A DNA stretch of 64,000 nt from Microgenomates group bacterium. GTDB taxonomy: Bacteria > Patescibacteriota > Microgenomatia > Daviesbacterales > UBA10151. Position 1 is the first letter of the stretch. Every line of letters begins with the position of its first letter. Shown here piece by piece: positions 35,739 through 45,886 of the stretch. The stretch lies in NCBI GenBank assembly GCA_041659805.1, contig JBAZXP010000001.1, positions 384,589-448,588 of the forward strand. Direction: 5' to 3'. The notes under the pieces were generated by a model, which worked only from the letters and a program-made list of their open reading frames with translations, ran no database searches and was not told where the DNA came from. The position numbers were made by a program, and so were the translations under genes.

Positions 35739-36384
35739 CATCCAGATTATTCCTGCTATCTTAGCTTTTAACGAGGAAGATTATAAGAAAAAAGTGGATA
35801 TTATTAATAAGACAGCAGAATTTTCTTCCGGGTTTGTTCAAATAGATATTACAGATGGGGAATTTGTGACAAGTAAAAGCGTCGGCTTGGATATTATTGC
35901 CAAGTATCCTATTAAAGCAAAAATAGAAGCGCACTTAATGGTTAAAAATCCTCTTATTTGGATTGATAGTTTAAATAAATTGGGTGTAAAAAGAATTATT
36001 GTATCAGCTGAATCAGATACTGCTGAAAAATCATTTGACAAAATCCATGAACTTGGTTTAGAAGCCGGATTTGGTTTAAACCCTGAAACTTCTTTAGGTT
36101 CGGTTGCACCGCTTATGGATAAAGTTGATGTCCTACTCCTTTTATCTGTTCATCCGGGGCTTGGTGGTCAAAAATTTATTGAAGAAAGTATTGATAAAAT
36201 AAAGCAGGCAAGCGGGATGAGAAATCATTATATTTTCAAGATAGAGGCGGATGGGGGAATAAATTCTGAAAATATAGAGGCTGTTGTAGAAGCTGGAGCA
36301 GATGGTATAGTAATAGGAGAGCATTTAATTTATGGGAATATTCAAGAAAATCTGGAAAAGCTTAAACAAAGAATTCACTCCTGA
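35728..36384 (+). CDS. rpe: ribulose-phosphate 3-epimerase
   Basis: 218 aa TIM-barrel; IIPAILAF..., HLMV, VDVLLLLSVHPGLGGQKF. Confidence 0.8.
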   Translation: MQTNIQIIPAILAFNEEDYKKKVDIINKTAEFSSGFVQIDITDGEFVTSKSVGLDIIAKYPIKAKIEAHLMVKNPLIWIDSLNKLGVKRIIVSAESDTAEKSFDKIHELGLEAGFGLNPETSLGSVAPLMDKVDVLLLLSVHPGLGGQKFIEESIDKIKQASGMRNHYIFKIEADGGINSENIEAVVEAGADGIVIGEHLIYGNIQENLEKLKQRIHS

Positions 36385-37003
36385 AAAAGCACGGACTATT
36401 CAAAATGTAGCTATTTTTGGTTTTGCTGACGCTGAACCTGAGAGTAGATTATTCAAAGATACTTTTAAAGTTTGTAAAGCCTTGGCTGAGGCAGGATATA
36501 CTATTGTTGACGGAGGTGGACCGGGAGTAATGTTGGCTGCCAGCAAGGGAGCAAAAGCTGGTAACGGAAAAGTAATTGGGGTAACTCTATATCCGAGTGA
36601 TACATCTAATTTTGAGGGTAGATCTCCTGATAATATTGTTGACGAAGAAATAAAAACCACCACTTATGTAGAAAGAACACTGACTTTAATGCAGCAGGGT
36701 CAGGTTTATGTAATTTTTAATGGGGGAACAGGTACGATTTCAGAACTTGGAATGGCCTGGGGGCTTGCCCGGATGTATTTTGGCCATCATAAGCCGCTTA
36801 TTCTTTACGGAAATTTTTGGAAAAAAATCATGAAAGTTTTGGGTGATAATTTGATGTTAAGGCCGGAAGAAAAAGAAGTTTATAAGATCGTTGATAGCCC
36901 CAGAGAAGTACTAAAAGCAATTAAGGATTTTGAATTTGAAATTGAATCAGACAGAATTAAAGATTTAAAAATTAGCGGGGAAAAAGGCTATAGTTTTACC
37001 TAA
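36332..37003 (+). CDS. LOG-family protein (TIGR00730 Rossmann-fold nucleotide-binding / cytokinin riboside 5'-monophosphate phosphoribohydrolase-like)
   Basis: VAIFGFAD, DGGGPGVMLAASKGA, NGGTGTISEL; 5' end overlaps rpe by ~50 nt (start uncertain). Confidence 0.65.
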   Translation: MGIFKKIWKSLNKEFTPEKARTIQNVAIFGFADAEPESRLFKDTFKVCKALAEAGYTIVDGGGPGVMLAASKGAKAGNGKVIGVTLYPSDTSNFEGRSPDNIVDEEIKTTTYVERTLTLMQQGQVYVIFNGGTGTISELGMAWGLARMYFGHHKPLILYGNFWKKIMKVLGDNLMLRPEEKEVYKIVDSPREVLKAIKDFEFEIESDRIKDLKISGEKGYSFT

Positions 37004-37004
37004 T

Positions 37005-37829
37005 ATGTTATTTGCTACTGAATTTGCCGAACTTGAACAAAAAGCACTTCAAATAAGGCAGGATATTATTAAAATGCTGGTTAGCGCCGGTTCAGGCCAC
37101 AGCGCAGGACCGCTTGGTTTGTCAGATATTTTTGCTGCACTTTATTTTAAAATTCTGAAAGTTGATTCTAAAAAACCCGATTGGATAGATCGGGATAGAT
37201 TGGTTTTATCCTGTGGCCATTATTGTCCTGTTCTTTATGCAACCTTGGCGCGTGCGGGGTATTTCCCAGAATCTGAATTATTAACTTTGCGAAAATTTGG
37301 ATCAGGTCTTCAGGGTCATCCTCACAGAGAATCACTACCAGGTTTAGAAACTACATCCGGGCCTTTAGGTTCAGGGTTATCAGAAAGTTGTGGGATGGCG
37401 CTCGCCGGAAGGATGGATCATAAAGATTGGCGGGTAATTTGCATAATGTCTGATGGGGAACAAGATGAGGGGAATACCTGGGAGGGAGTTATGTTTGCCG
37501 CAAAATATAAACTGGATAATCTGGTAGCCTTAATTGACAGAAATCATATTCAAATTGATGGGATTACAGAAGACATAATGCCGATAGATCCTTTGACAGA
37601 AAAATATAAAAGTTTTGGATGGGAAGTAATTGAAATTGATGGACATGATTTTAATCAGATTATAGATGCTTTTGAGAAAGCTAAAACAATAAAAAATAAA
37701 CCTACTGTTATTATTGCCAAAACAATTCCCGGTAAAGGTGTTTCTTTTATGGAGGGTAAATTTGAGTGGCATGGTAAGGCACCAACAAAAGAGGAAGGAG
37801 AGAAAGCATTGCATGAACTTAAATCCTAA
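37005..37829 (+). CDS. transketolase, N-terminal (TPP-binding) subunit of split enzyme
   Basis: 274 aa; GHSAGPLG, GHPH, DGEQDEGNTWE. Confidence 0.8.
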   Translation: MLFATEFAELEQKALQIRQDIIKMLVSAGSGHSAGPLGLSDIFAALYFKILKVDSKKPDWIDRDRLVLSCGHYCPVLYATLARAGYFPESELLTLRKFGSGLQGHPHRESLPGLETTSGPLGSGLSESCGMALAGRMDHKDWRVICIMSDGEQDEGNTWEGVMFAAKYKLDNLVALIDRNHIQIDGITEDIMPIDPLTEKYKSFGWEVIEIDGHDFNQIIDAFEKAKTIKNKPTVIIAKTIPGKGVSFMEGKFEWHGKAPTKEEGEKALHELKS

Positions 37830-38781
37830 ATTATTTGATCTGAGTGTTGAAAAAGTTTCCTCCCGCGATGGATTTGGGGAAGGATTAATTTTAGCTGGAG
37901 AGAAGGATGAAAATGTAGTGGCTTTATCAGCAGACTTGGAAGAATCAACTAGGGTAGACGGATTTTTCAAAAAATACCCTGAAAGATCTTTTGAAGTTGG
38001 GGTAGCAGAACAATGTTTAGTGACAGTTGCGTCTGGCTTAGCCCATGAGGGGAAAATTCCATTTGCTACATCATACGCAGTTTTTTCACCAGGGAGAAAT
38101 TGGGAACAGATAAGGACAACTATCTGTTATAACAATGTTCCTGTTAAAATTATCGGTTCTCATACTGGAATAAGTGTTGGTGCAGATGGAGCTACGCATC
38201 AGGCTTTAGAAGATATTGCTATAATGCGAGTCTTACCAAATATGGTGGTAATTTCTCCTTGTGACGCGATTGAGGCAAAAAAAGCCACTCTGGCAATGGC
38301 TAAATTAAATAAACCATGTTACCTGAGACTTACCAGAAATAAAACCCCAATAATTACAACAGAGGAAACATCTTTTGAAATAGGAAAAGCAGAAATTTTC
38401 CGGGAAGGAAATCATGCAACAATTATTGCAACAGGTGAGATGGTATATTTTGCACTTTTGGCTGCAAAGAAATTAGAAGAGAGTCTGATTAGTACTCGAG
38501 TAATAAATGTGCACACAATAAAACCATTGGATACAAAAAGTGTTCTTTTGGCTGCAGAAGCAACAGGTGCAATAGTAACTGTTGAAGATCATCAAATTGC
38601 AGGAGGACTAGGATCTGCAGTTGCAGAAATAATTTCCCAACACTTCCCTGTTCCATTAAAAATAATTGGGATAGATGATAAATTTGGAGAATCAGGAGAG
38701 CCGGAGGAACTAATGAAGAAATATGGTTTAACAGTTGAAGAAATAGTAAAAGCAGTTGCTACTGTTATCAGAATGAAATAG
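37813..38781 (+). CDS. transketolase, C-terminal (pyrimidine-binding) subunit of split enzyme
   Basis: Start at internal MNLNPK (track ORF begins earlier at 37714 and overlaps); EQCLVTVASGLA, C-terminal domain present. Confidence 0.8.
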   Translation: MNLNPKLFDLSVEKVSSRDGFGEGLILAGEKDENVVALSADLEESTRVDGFFKKYPERSFEVGVAEQCLVTVASGLAHEGKIPFATSYAVFSPGRNWEQIRTTICYNNVPVKIIGSHTGISVGADGATHQALEDIAIMRVLPNMVVISPCDAIEAKKATLAMAKLNKPCYLRLTRNKTPIITTEETSFEIGKAEIFREGNHATIIATGEMVYFALLAAKKLEESLISTRVINVHTIKPLDTKSVLLAAEATGAIVTVEDHQIAGGLGSAVAEIISQHFPVPLKIIGIDDKFGESGEPEELMKKYGLTVEEIVKAVATVIRMK

Positions 38782-38822
38782 ATTTAGAATTTTGGGTATG
38801 AAAGTAATATAATTCCCAGAAT

Positions 38823-39401
38823 ATGAAAGAGTTTGTGTTTCTTTATCCTATACAGGAATATTTGGATGGGTGTGTTGGTAGCGAAGCTATTAGGAGAAGA
38901 GAAGGATGGGAGGTTTGTCAGAGGTTTAATGAGATAGTTGAAGCAAGATATAGACAAAGAGGTTTTGGTGTAAGTTGGGTTATGTTTAGTGATCCAAATG
39001 AACACCAACTACCAGATTTTTCAATAAAAGCAAAAGAAATAGAGATAAAGCCTGAGGATCATATTTTAGTGGCAGGTGTGTCGTTTTTGGTACATAAGAC
39101 CTTGAAGGAATATCCGGATCCATTAGGTATTTTATCGCAATTACCATCAAATCTTGAGCGACTGGTGATAGGAGGATTCCATCAAAATGACTGTGTTGAT
39201 AAATTGGGACAAGCTGTATATGAGAAAGGTATATCTACTGTTGTTGATGAGGACACGACAGATGTGTTTTTTATAAGTATGCGCTATAGTTTGACAATCC
39301 CATTGATACGAGATGAATTTCCTATAGAAGAGGAAGTTCCTCCGACAATGTTATATTTGCTTAAAGAAAGACTTTCTAAGCCTTGGTTTACCCAGTTTTA
39401 A
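38823..39401 (+). CDS. isochorismatase-family cysteine hydrolase-like protein
   Basis: LVIGGFHQNDCVDKLGQAVYEKGISTVVDEDTT resembles the isochorismatase catalytic Cys region. Confidence 0.45.
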   Translation: MKEFVFLYPIQEYLDGCVGSEAIRRREGWEVCQRFNEIVEARYRQRGFGVSWVMFSDPNEHQLPDFSIKAKEIEIKPEDHILVAGVSFLVHKTLKEYPDPLGILSQLPSNLERLVIGGFHQNDCVDKLGQAVYEKGISTVVDEDTTDVFFISMRYSLTIPLIRDEFPIEEEVPPTMLYLLKERLSKPWFTQF

Positions 39402-39449
39402 AAAACCTAGCTTTTCCCTACTAGACAAATGGTTTTTGTTTGCTGTATT

Positions 39450-39470
39450 ATATCCCCCATAGGGGGATTA
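39450..39470. promoter_or_regulatory. candidate CsoR operator (C5/G5 palindrome ATCCCCCATAGGGGGAT)
   Basis: Perfect 8-1-8 inverted repeat 8 nt upstream of the csoR start; CsoR operators are GC-tract pseudo-palindromes. Confidence 0.55.
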
Positions 39471-39477
39471 GAAAGAT

Positions 39478-39750
39478 ATGACATTTAGACCAAAAAATAC
39501 AGAAGAAAGAACTTTGCACCGGCTAAAAATTGCCCAGGGACATTTGAAAAAAGTTATTCAGATGGCGGAATCACATGAATATTGTATTGATATTATTCAC
39601 CAGTCTCAGGCTGTGCAAAAAGCTTTGAAAGAAGTGGACAATTTAATTTTAGAAAATCATTTGAAAACCTGTGTTGCAGATTCCATTAAAAAAGGTCGTG
39701 AAGAAGAAGCTATTGCCGAAGTAATGAATATTTTTAAGAAAAACGAATAA
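39478..39750 (+). CDS. csoR: CsoR/RcnR-family metal-sensing transcriptional repressor
   Basis: 90 aa; LHRLKIAQGHLKKVIQMAESHEYCIDIIHQSQAV (DUF156 with C-H-C metal ligands). Confidence 0.75.
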   Translation: MTFRPKNTEERTLHRLKIAQGHLKKVIQMAESHEYCIDIIHQSQAVQKALKEVDNLILENHLKTCVADSIKKGREEEAIAEVMNIFKKNE

Positions 39751-39752
39751 AT

Positions 39753-40262
39753 ATGAGTGGTGAAAAAAAGTTATTATTTGGAATTATTTTATCAACAGTT
39801 ATTATATTGGTTGGAGCAATTTTCTTTTTAACTAAATCAACACCTGCTAAAATTGTTTTAGAAAAAACTACCGGTGCAAAAAGCGAAAGTCTAGAAACTA
39901 ATTATGATTTTAAGAATATTGCTTTTTCAGGTGGTGACGCCATCCATGAATTTAAGATTAAAAATATTGGGGACAAAGACCTTCAGATTGCTAACTTAGC
40001 AACATCTTGTCATTGCACTAAGGTTTACTTTAAGTCAGCAAAAGAAGTGAGCCCTAGATTTGGAATGAAGGGTTCATCTTCTGCTTCAGATTGGGTAGGA
40101 ATATTATCTCCAGGAGAGGAGGGTCAGGTTGTTGCAGATTTTGATCCAACATATCATGGTCCACAAGGAGTGGGACCAATTTCCAGAATAGTAAGTATTG
40201 AAACAAATGATCCGGATAAACCATATATGGAATTTAATTTTTCCGGAAATGTTGTGAAATAA
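39753..40262 (+). CDS. DUF1573 domain membrane-anchored protein
   Basis: 169 aa, N-terminal TM, ATSCHCT motif region. Confidence 0.5.
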   Translation: MSGEKKLLFGIILSTVIILVGAIFFLTKSTPAKIVLEKTTGAKSESLETNYDFKNIAFSGGDAIHEFKIKNIGDKDLQIANLATSCHCTKVYFKSAKEVSPRFGMKGSSSASDWVGILSPGEEGQVVADFDPTYHGPQGVGPISRIVSIETNDPDKPYMEFNFSGNVVK

Positions 40263-40263
40263 A

Positions 40264-41166
40264 ATGACAAAAAATCAACTAACATTATTATGTGTTGCAC
40301 TTGTGGTGATATCTTTTGCGATCGGTAATCTTTCCCAGCCAATAATCAAAATTAAAAGTACAAGCAAAATAAAACCCTCTCCCACAGTACCAGCAGGGCC
40401 TGATTTGGCAAAATTGCAGGAAGAAGTAATCCCTCAAAAAGGATTTGTTTTTAATTTTAAATGGGGGGATATGGGCAAAAAATTGATTGATGATGGCGTA
40501 ATCGACGAAACTAAATTAGCTAAAGCCTTAACTGGTACAGAAAATATGCCACCGGAATTCAAAAAATATTTGGATGGTTCTGTTCAACAGATAGAACTTA
40601 ATTCTTCGAATTCTCAATTTTGGGTTGATGTTTTATGGGGATTAGGTCTTGCCAATAAAAATGAACTTTTGGAAAAAGGTCCAATGGTGGAAGAAGGACG
40701 AATAGCTAATTTTGCTTCTACAGGAGGTTTTACCATCGGCCCTAAAAATCCTATGAATGTTTATAGTAAGTTCTCTTATATAAAATTAACTCCTGATCAA
40801 CAGGCAAGAGTAGTTAAAGTTGCGGGAGGAATTTACCGTCCTTGTTGCGGTAACTCAACTGCATTTCCTGATTGCAATCACGGTATGGCAGCATTGGCTT
40901 TAGTTGAACTTATGGTTTCCCAAAACTTTTCTGATGAGGAAATTTATAAAACCGTTTTAAGGTTTAATTCTTTTTGGTTTCCTCAAACATATTTGGATGT
41001 TTCTTATCATTTTGCTAAAAATAACAGGGATTTTAAAGCAGTTCCTGCTTCAGAAATCTTATCAAAAACTTTTTCATCCTCCCAGGGTTATCAGGCAATT
41101 GCAAGTAAAATCGGAGTTGTGGATTGGCCAATCCTAAAAAACCGCGGAGGGAGTTGCGGAGCATAA
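40264..41166 (+). CDS. hypothetical secreted protein with CCGN/CNHG cysteine motifs
   Basis: 300 aa, N-terminal TM/signal. Confidence 0.4.
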   Translation: MTKNQLTLLCVALVVISFAIGNLSQPIIKIKSTSKIKPSPTVPAGPDLAKLQEEVIPQKGFVFNFKWGDMGKKLIDDGVIDETKLAKALTGTENMPPEFKKYLDGSVQQIELNSSNSQFWVDVLWGLGLANKNELLEKGPMVEEGRIANFASTGGFTIGPKNPMNVYSKFSYIKLTPDQQARVVKVAGGIYRPCCGNSTAFPDCNHGMAALALVELMVSQNFSDEEIYKTVLRFNSFWFPQTYLDVSYHFAKNNRDFKAVPASEILSKTFSSSQGYQAIASKIGVVDWPILKNRGGSCGA

Positions 41167-41167
41167 T

Positions 41168-42001
41168 ATGGAAACAATTTTATTTCAAACATCTCTTGTT
41201 GCTGCTTTTGTAGCTGGAATGGTGGCTTTGTTTGCCCCCTGTTGCATCACTTTTTTATTACCTGCATATTTAGGTAGCGTTTTTAAAGAAAAAGAAAAAG
41301 TGCTATTTATGACTTTGGTTTTTGGTTTGGGGATTTTTGTGGTACTTTTGCCAGCAGTATTAGGAGTAGCTTTTGTCTCCAAAGCTTTATTTCGTTATCA
41401 TGATACAATTTATTTTTTTGGAGGTATAGCTATGTTGCTAATCTCTGCAATTACTTTTTTAGGAATAAAGCTTCCGATGCCTCAAATAAGTGGCAATACA
41501 AGCAAAAAAACTGACATACTTTCTATTTTTACCATGGGAATATTTTCAGGTTTAACTTCTGCTTGTTGCGCCCCAGTTTTAATCGGAATTTTAACCTTGA
41601 CGTTTTTATCTCCCAGCTTCTTTGGAGGTATTTTAATCGGGATGATGTATGTTTTGGGAATGGTTACCCCACTTCTTCTTATTTCACTTTTTCTTTCAGG
41701 TAAGATGCCGAATACTTCCGTTTTAAGAAAACCTTTGGCTGATATAAAAATATTTGGAAAAACTTTTTCTTTAATATTAAGCAATATAATTGCCAGTGCA
41801 ATCTTTTTTGCAACGGGCACCTTAACCTTAGTTTTAAATGCTTCGGGAAGGTTATCTATGGCTAAATCAGAAGAGGTGACTAAATTTATTCAGAATGCAG
41901 GAGAATACGTTAATTCCTTGGTGGGAGGAAATATTTTGGTAAATATCTTTTTTTTAGTAGTTGTCGGGGTATTTATTTATATAATTTCAAAAAAGGTATA
42001 A
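41168..42001 (+). CDS. integral membrane protein with paired-Cys TM motifs (CcdA/DsbD- or MerT-like putative metal/thiol transporter)
   Basis: LFAPCCITF and LTSACCAPVL within TM helices. Confidence 0.45.
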   Translation: METILFQTSLVAAFVAGMVALFAPCCITFLLPAYLGSVFKEKEKVLFMTLVFGLGIFVVLLPAVLGVAFVSKALFRYHDTIYFFGGIAMLLISAITFLGIKLPMPQISGNTSKKTDILSIFTMGIFSGLTSACCAPVLIGILTLTFLSPSFFGGILIGMMYVLGMVTPLLLISLFLSGKMPNTSVLRKPLADIKIFGKTFSLILSNIIASAIFFATGTLTLVLNASGRLSMAKSEEVTKFIQNAGEYVNSLVGGNILVNIFFLVVVGVFIYIISKKV

Positions 42002-42010
42002 GATATAAAT

Positions 42011-42370
42011 ATGGATAATATTAAAAGTATCATAACTATTGCAGGATTATCATTTATAGCTTTTACCTATTGGTTTTTTTTGATGAAAAAAAGCAAAGAG
42101 GTGTCTGTTGCCAATTCAGTAGATATTGTAGTTAATGGTGGATATTCTCCTGAAGTAATCTCTATTCCTAAAGGTAAGACCACGGAAATTAATTTTATTA
42201 GGACAGACCCCACTGATTGTTTATCAGAGGTGGTTTTAGGAGATTTTAAAATCCGTAAAGAGCTACCTCTAAATCAAAAAGTGACAGTAAAAATTACTCC
42301 CACAAAAGCTGGGGAGTATGGTTATAGCTGTGCTATGAATATGTATCACGGAAAAATAATTGTTAAATAA
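42011..42370 (+). CDS. cupredoxin-like domain protein
   Basis: 119 aa; N-terminal TM, C-terminal [12 protein letters not shown] copper-site-like motif. Confidence 0.55.
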   Translation: MDNIKSIITIAGLSFIAFTYWFFLMKKSKEVSVANSVDIVVNGGYSPEVISIPKGKTTEINFIRTDPTDCLSEVVLGDFKIRKELPLNQKVTVKITPTKAGEYGYSCAMNMYHGKIIVK

Positions 42371-42372
42371 AT

Positions 42373-44607
42373 ATGTCTGAAATTAAGAAAATTTATTCAT
42401 TAAAAGGAATGCATTGCGCCTCTTGTGTGAGGGTAATTGAGCGAGCCTTGAGTGAAGTTGAAGGGGTGCAGGAAGCAAACGTAAATTTAGCTACTGAACA
42501 AGCAACTGTGACCTTTGATCCTGATAAAGTGACTGAAGATAAATTATCTTCCGCTGTATCTCAAGCAGGTTATCAGATTATTACAACTGAGGAAGTAAAA
42601 AGTGAGGAAGAAACCCAAAAAGAAAAACAGGTAGAGGTAAATAATTTAAGGAATAAATCTTTTTTCAGTTTATTTTTAGGATCTTTAATTGTTTGGGGAT
42701 CTTTTCCAGGACTTATGGATTTCTCTCCCCCATTTTTGCAAAACTTTTATGTTCAAATGGTTTTGGCTTTACCTGTTCAATTTTGGGCAGGTCTAGGTTT
42801 TTATAAAGCTACCATCCCTGCTTTGAAACACAGAACTGCCAATATGGATACTTTAATTACTATTGGTACTACTGCTGCTTTTGCCTTTTCAGTAGTGGTA
42901 ACTGTTTTTCCTGAACTTGTTGAAAGTGTTGGGATAGAGGCAATGCCTTATTTTGATGTGGCAGCGATAGTTATTGGCTTAATTTTACTGGGAAGATATT
43001 TTGAAGCTAGAGCTAAAGCAGGAACATCTGAGGCAATTAAGAAACTAATTGGGCTACAAGCAAAAACAGCCAGAGTTGTTAAGAATGGAAAAGATTTGGA
43101 TATCCCAATTGAACAAGTTGTTATTGGAAATATTATCAGGGTTAGGCCCGGTGAAAAAATTCCTGTTGACGGAGAAATTATAGAAGGCGACTCATCTGTT
43201 GATGAATCCATGATTTCCGGTGAAAGCATTCCTGTTGATAAGCAAAAGGGTAGTGTGGTAATTGGTGGAACTATTAATAAAGCAGGCAGCTTTTTATACA
43301 AGGCAACTAAAGTAGGTTCTGACACCATGTTATCCCAAATCATTAAATTGGTGGCAGAAGCACAAGGCAGTAAAGCCCCTATTCAAAGAATTGCGGATAT
43401 GATTTCTTCTTATTTTGTGCCGATTGTGATTATGCTGGCTTTAGCCACTTTTGTAGTTTGGTTTGATTTTGGTCCCCAACCCGCTTTTCTTTTTGCACTT
43501 CTCAATACTGTGGCAGTTTTAATTATTGCCTGTCCTTGTGCCATGGGATTGGCAACACCAACTGCCATTATGGTGGGAGTTGGCAAGGGAGCTGAGAATG
43601 GAATATTAATTAAAGACGCAGAAAGCTTGGAAACTGCCCATAAAATCCAAACCATTATTTTTGATAAAACAGGAACTCTCACAGAAGGTAAACCGGTTGT
43701 GACAGATGTAATTGTGAGTAAAGAGCAAAAAATTAATGACGCAGAATTATTGAGATTGGCTGCTTCAATTGAAAAAGGCTCTGAGCATTCTTTGGCAGAT
43801 GCAATTGTGCAAAAGGCTGATGAAGGAAAATTGAAACTGGATAAAGTGACCGGTTTTAAAGCAGTTCCGGGACATGGTGTGGAAGGTATGGTCGGTAAAG
43901 TACAGGTATTTTTAGGAAACCGAAAATTGATGGATCGGGAGAAAATAAATATTAAAGATTTTGAAAGTACTATCAGCAAACTGGAAACTGAGGGTAAAAC
44001 CGTGATGATGGTTGCTTTAGACGGAAAGTTTGCAGGATTTATTGGGGTTGCAGATACCTTGAAAGCAAGCTCTAAGGAAGCAATAGAAAGTTTAAAAAGG
44101 ATGGGAATTGAACCGATCATGATTACTGGTGATAATCAAAGAACAGCTGCTGCTATTGGTAAGCTTGCAGGAATTGAGAGAGTTTTAGCAGAAGTTTTGC
44201 CAGATGGGAAAGAAGCTGAGGTAAGAAAAATACAAAACGAAGGCAAAGTGGTTGCTATGGTGGGGGATGGCATTAATGATGCGCCAGCCTTGGCTGCTGC
44301 TGATGTAGGAATTGCCATGGGAAGTGGCACAGATGTAGCGATAGAAGCCGCAGACATTACCTTAATTAGCAAGGATTTAAAATCAGTGGCATCAGCCATT
44401 AATTTGTCTAAAAAAACCATGAGGACCATAAAGATGAATTTATTTTGGGCTTTTGGTTATAATGTTATCCTGATACCAGTTGCTATGGGTGTGTTATACC
44501 CTATGTGGGGAATATTACTTAACCCTGTTTTTGCATCAGCTGCTATGGCAATGAGTTCAGTTTCAGTTGTCAGTAATTCTTTATTACTTAAGAGGATCAA
44601 GATTTAA
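42373..44607 (+). CDS. copA: copper-translocating P1B-type ATPase
   Basis: N-terminal [14 protein letters not shown] motif [28 protein letters not shown]. Confidence 0.9.
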   Translation: MSEIKKIYSLKGMHCASCVRVIERALSEVEGVQEANVNLATEQATVTFDPDKVTEDKLSSAVSQAGYQIITTEEVKSEEETQKEKQVEVNNLRNKSFFSLFLGSLIVWGSFPGLMDFSPPFLQNFYVQMVLALPVQFWAGLGFYKATIPALKHRTANMDTLITIGTTAAFAFSVVVTVFPELVESVGIEAMPYFDVAAIVIGLILLGRYFEARAKAGTSEAIKKLIGLQAKTARVVKNGKDLDIPIEQVVIGNIIRVRPGEKIPVDGEIIEGDSSVDESMISGESIPVDKQKGSVVIGGTINKAGSFLYKATKVGSDTMLSQIIKLVAEAQGSKAPIQRIADMISSYFVPIVIMLALATFVVWFDFGPQPAFLFALLNTVAVLIIACPCAMGLATPTAIMVGVGKGAENGILIKDAESLETAHKIQTIIFDKTGTLTEGKPVVTDVIVSKEQKINDAELLRLAASIEKGSEHSLADAIVQKADEGKLKLDKVTGFKAVPGHGVEGMVGKVQVFLGNRKLMDREKINIKDFESTISKLETEGKTVMMVALDGKFAGFIGVADTLKASSKEAIESLKRMGIEPIMITGDNQRTAAAIGKLAGIERVLAEVLPDGKEAEVRKIQNEGKVVAMVGDGINDAPALAAADVGIAMGSGTDVAIEAADITLISKDLKSVASAINLSKKTMRTIKMNLFWAFGYNVILIPVAMGVLYPMWGILLNPVFASAAMAMSSVSVVSNSLLLKRIKI

Positions 44608-44640
44608 ATAAGCAGAGCTTGAAATTTTGAAGACAAAATT

Positions 44641-45627
44641 ATGGATTTATTTACAGTATTTTTTATTGGTTTAACAGCAGGAGGATTTGGTTGTGTTGCT
44701 TTACAAGGTGGCCTTTTAACATCGGCTATTGCTTCACGTAAGAAAAATGAGGGGTCAGACAAAAGCGATTTTATTCCCACGCTTTCTTTTTTAGTTGCCA
44801 AGTTAATAGCTTATGCTATCTTTGGTCTTATTTTAGGGTTTTTTGGAGCAGAGCTTTCAATTTCAGATTCATTGAGGATTACATTGCAAATCGTAGCTGG
44901 AATTTACATGATAATTATCGGTTTAAACCTTTTAAATGTGCATCCTTTATTGCGGTATTTTGTTCTTCAGCCACCTCGTTTTTTAACAAGACTGGTGAAA
45001 AATCAATCCAAAAGTGCTGATATTTTTGCGCCAGCCATCCTGGGTGCAATGACTATATTTGTGCCTTGTGGAACAACTTTGGCAATGGAGGCTTTAGCTA
45101 TTTCATCAGGTAGTGCAGTTAATGGATCGTTGATTTTAGTAGCTTTTGTATTAGGAACATCCCCAATTTTTTTCGGACTTGGTTTTATTACCTCAAAGCT
45201 TTCAGATTCTTTTAGAAATACATTTTTTAAACTGGCTGCAATTATTATTATCATTATTGGTCTTTCAACTGCTTATAATTCTTGGGCGCTTGCAGGAGGA
45301 CCAATAATAACTTGGGGATCAGAAGAAAACACCGCACAACAGACGATTGACCCAAATGTTAAACAAGATTATCAAATTAAAATTATAAATGGTGGTTATG
45401 AACCTGCTTATATTAAAGTTAAAAAAGGTTTGCCAGTTAAGCTTACTTTAGTTTCTAATAATGTTTATAGCTGTGCATTAGCTTTTAGAATCCCTTCACA
45501 AAATATTTCAATAAATCTTAAGCCGACGGATACTCAAATTATCGAGTTTACACCGACTGAAGTCGGGGCAATTCCCTTTAGCTGCTCGATGGGTATGTAC
45601 CGTGGTACTATCGATGTAGTAGAATAA
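44641..45627 (+). CDS. TauE/DsbD_2-like membrane permease fused to C-terminal cupredoxin-like domain
   Basis: N-terminal multi-TM; C-terminal YSCALAF...FSCSMGMYRGTI paralogous to the 119 aa cupredoxin protein. Confidence 0.5.
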   Translation: MDLFTVFFIGLTAGGFGCVALQGGLLTSAIASRKKNEGSDKSDFIPTLSFLVAKLIAYAIFGLILGFFGAELSISDSLRITLQIVAGIYMIIIGLNLLNVHPLLRYFVLQPPRFLTRLVKNQSKSADIFAPAILGAMTIFVPCGTTLAMEALAISSGSAVNGSLILVAFVLGTSPIFFGLGFITSKLSDSFRNTFFKLAAIIIIIIGLSTAYNSWALAGGPIITWGSEENTAQQTIDPNVKQDYQIKIINGGYEPAYIKVKKGLPVKLTLVSNNVYSCALAFRIPSQNISINLKPTDTQIIEFTPTEVGAIPFSCSMGMYRGTIDVVE

Positions 45628-45635
45628 TTATATAT

Positions 45636-45860
45636 ATGGGAACAATAAAAAAAGTATATAAGATTGATGGCATGCATTGCACTTCTTGTGCCATGACAAT
45701 AGAGATGGATTTGGAAGATTTGGAGGGGGTTATTAATGTTAAAACATCCTATGCTAAAGGGGAAACAGAGGTTGAATTTGATTCCAGTAAAGTTACAGAA
45801 GAAACAATACTCGAAACCATCAAAAAGGATGGATATGCTGCTTCCTCTGTTGTAAGTTAA
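45636..45860 (+). CDS. copZ: heavy-metal-associated copper chaperone
   Basis: 74 aa; GMHCTSCAMTIE MxCxxC motif. Confidence 0.8.
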   Translation: MGTIKKVYKIDGMHCTSCAMTIEMDLEDLEGVINVKTSYAKGETEVEFDSSKVTEETILETIKKDGYAASSVVS

Positions 45861-45886
45861 AGTATTTTAAGTATAAACTAGAGGTA

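Noticed and set aside
36332-36384. 53 nt overlap between rpe and the LOG-family gene treated as a possible frameshift or fusion
   Set aside because: The frames differ and both proteins are full-length relative to family norms. More likely the LOG gene uses a downstream or non-canonical start that cannot be pinpointed from sequence alone
42948-44429. Three minus-strand ORFs (42948..43343, 43410..44120, 44136..44429) predicted in the ORF track
   Set aside because: They lie entirely antisense within copA, whose motifs are unambiguous. They have low-complexity, Ser/Pro/Ala-rich compositions typical of antisense frames of a GC-biased codon-position gene
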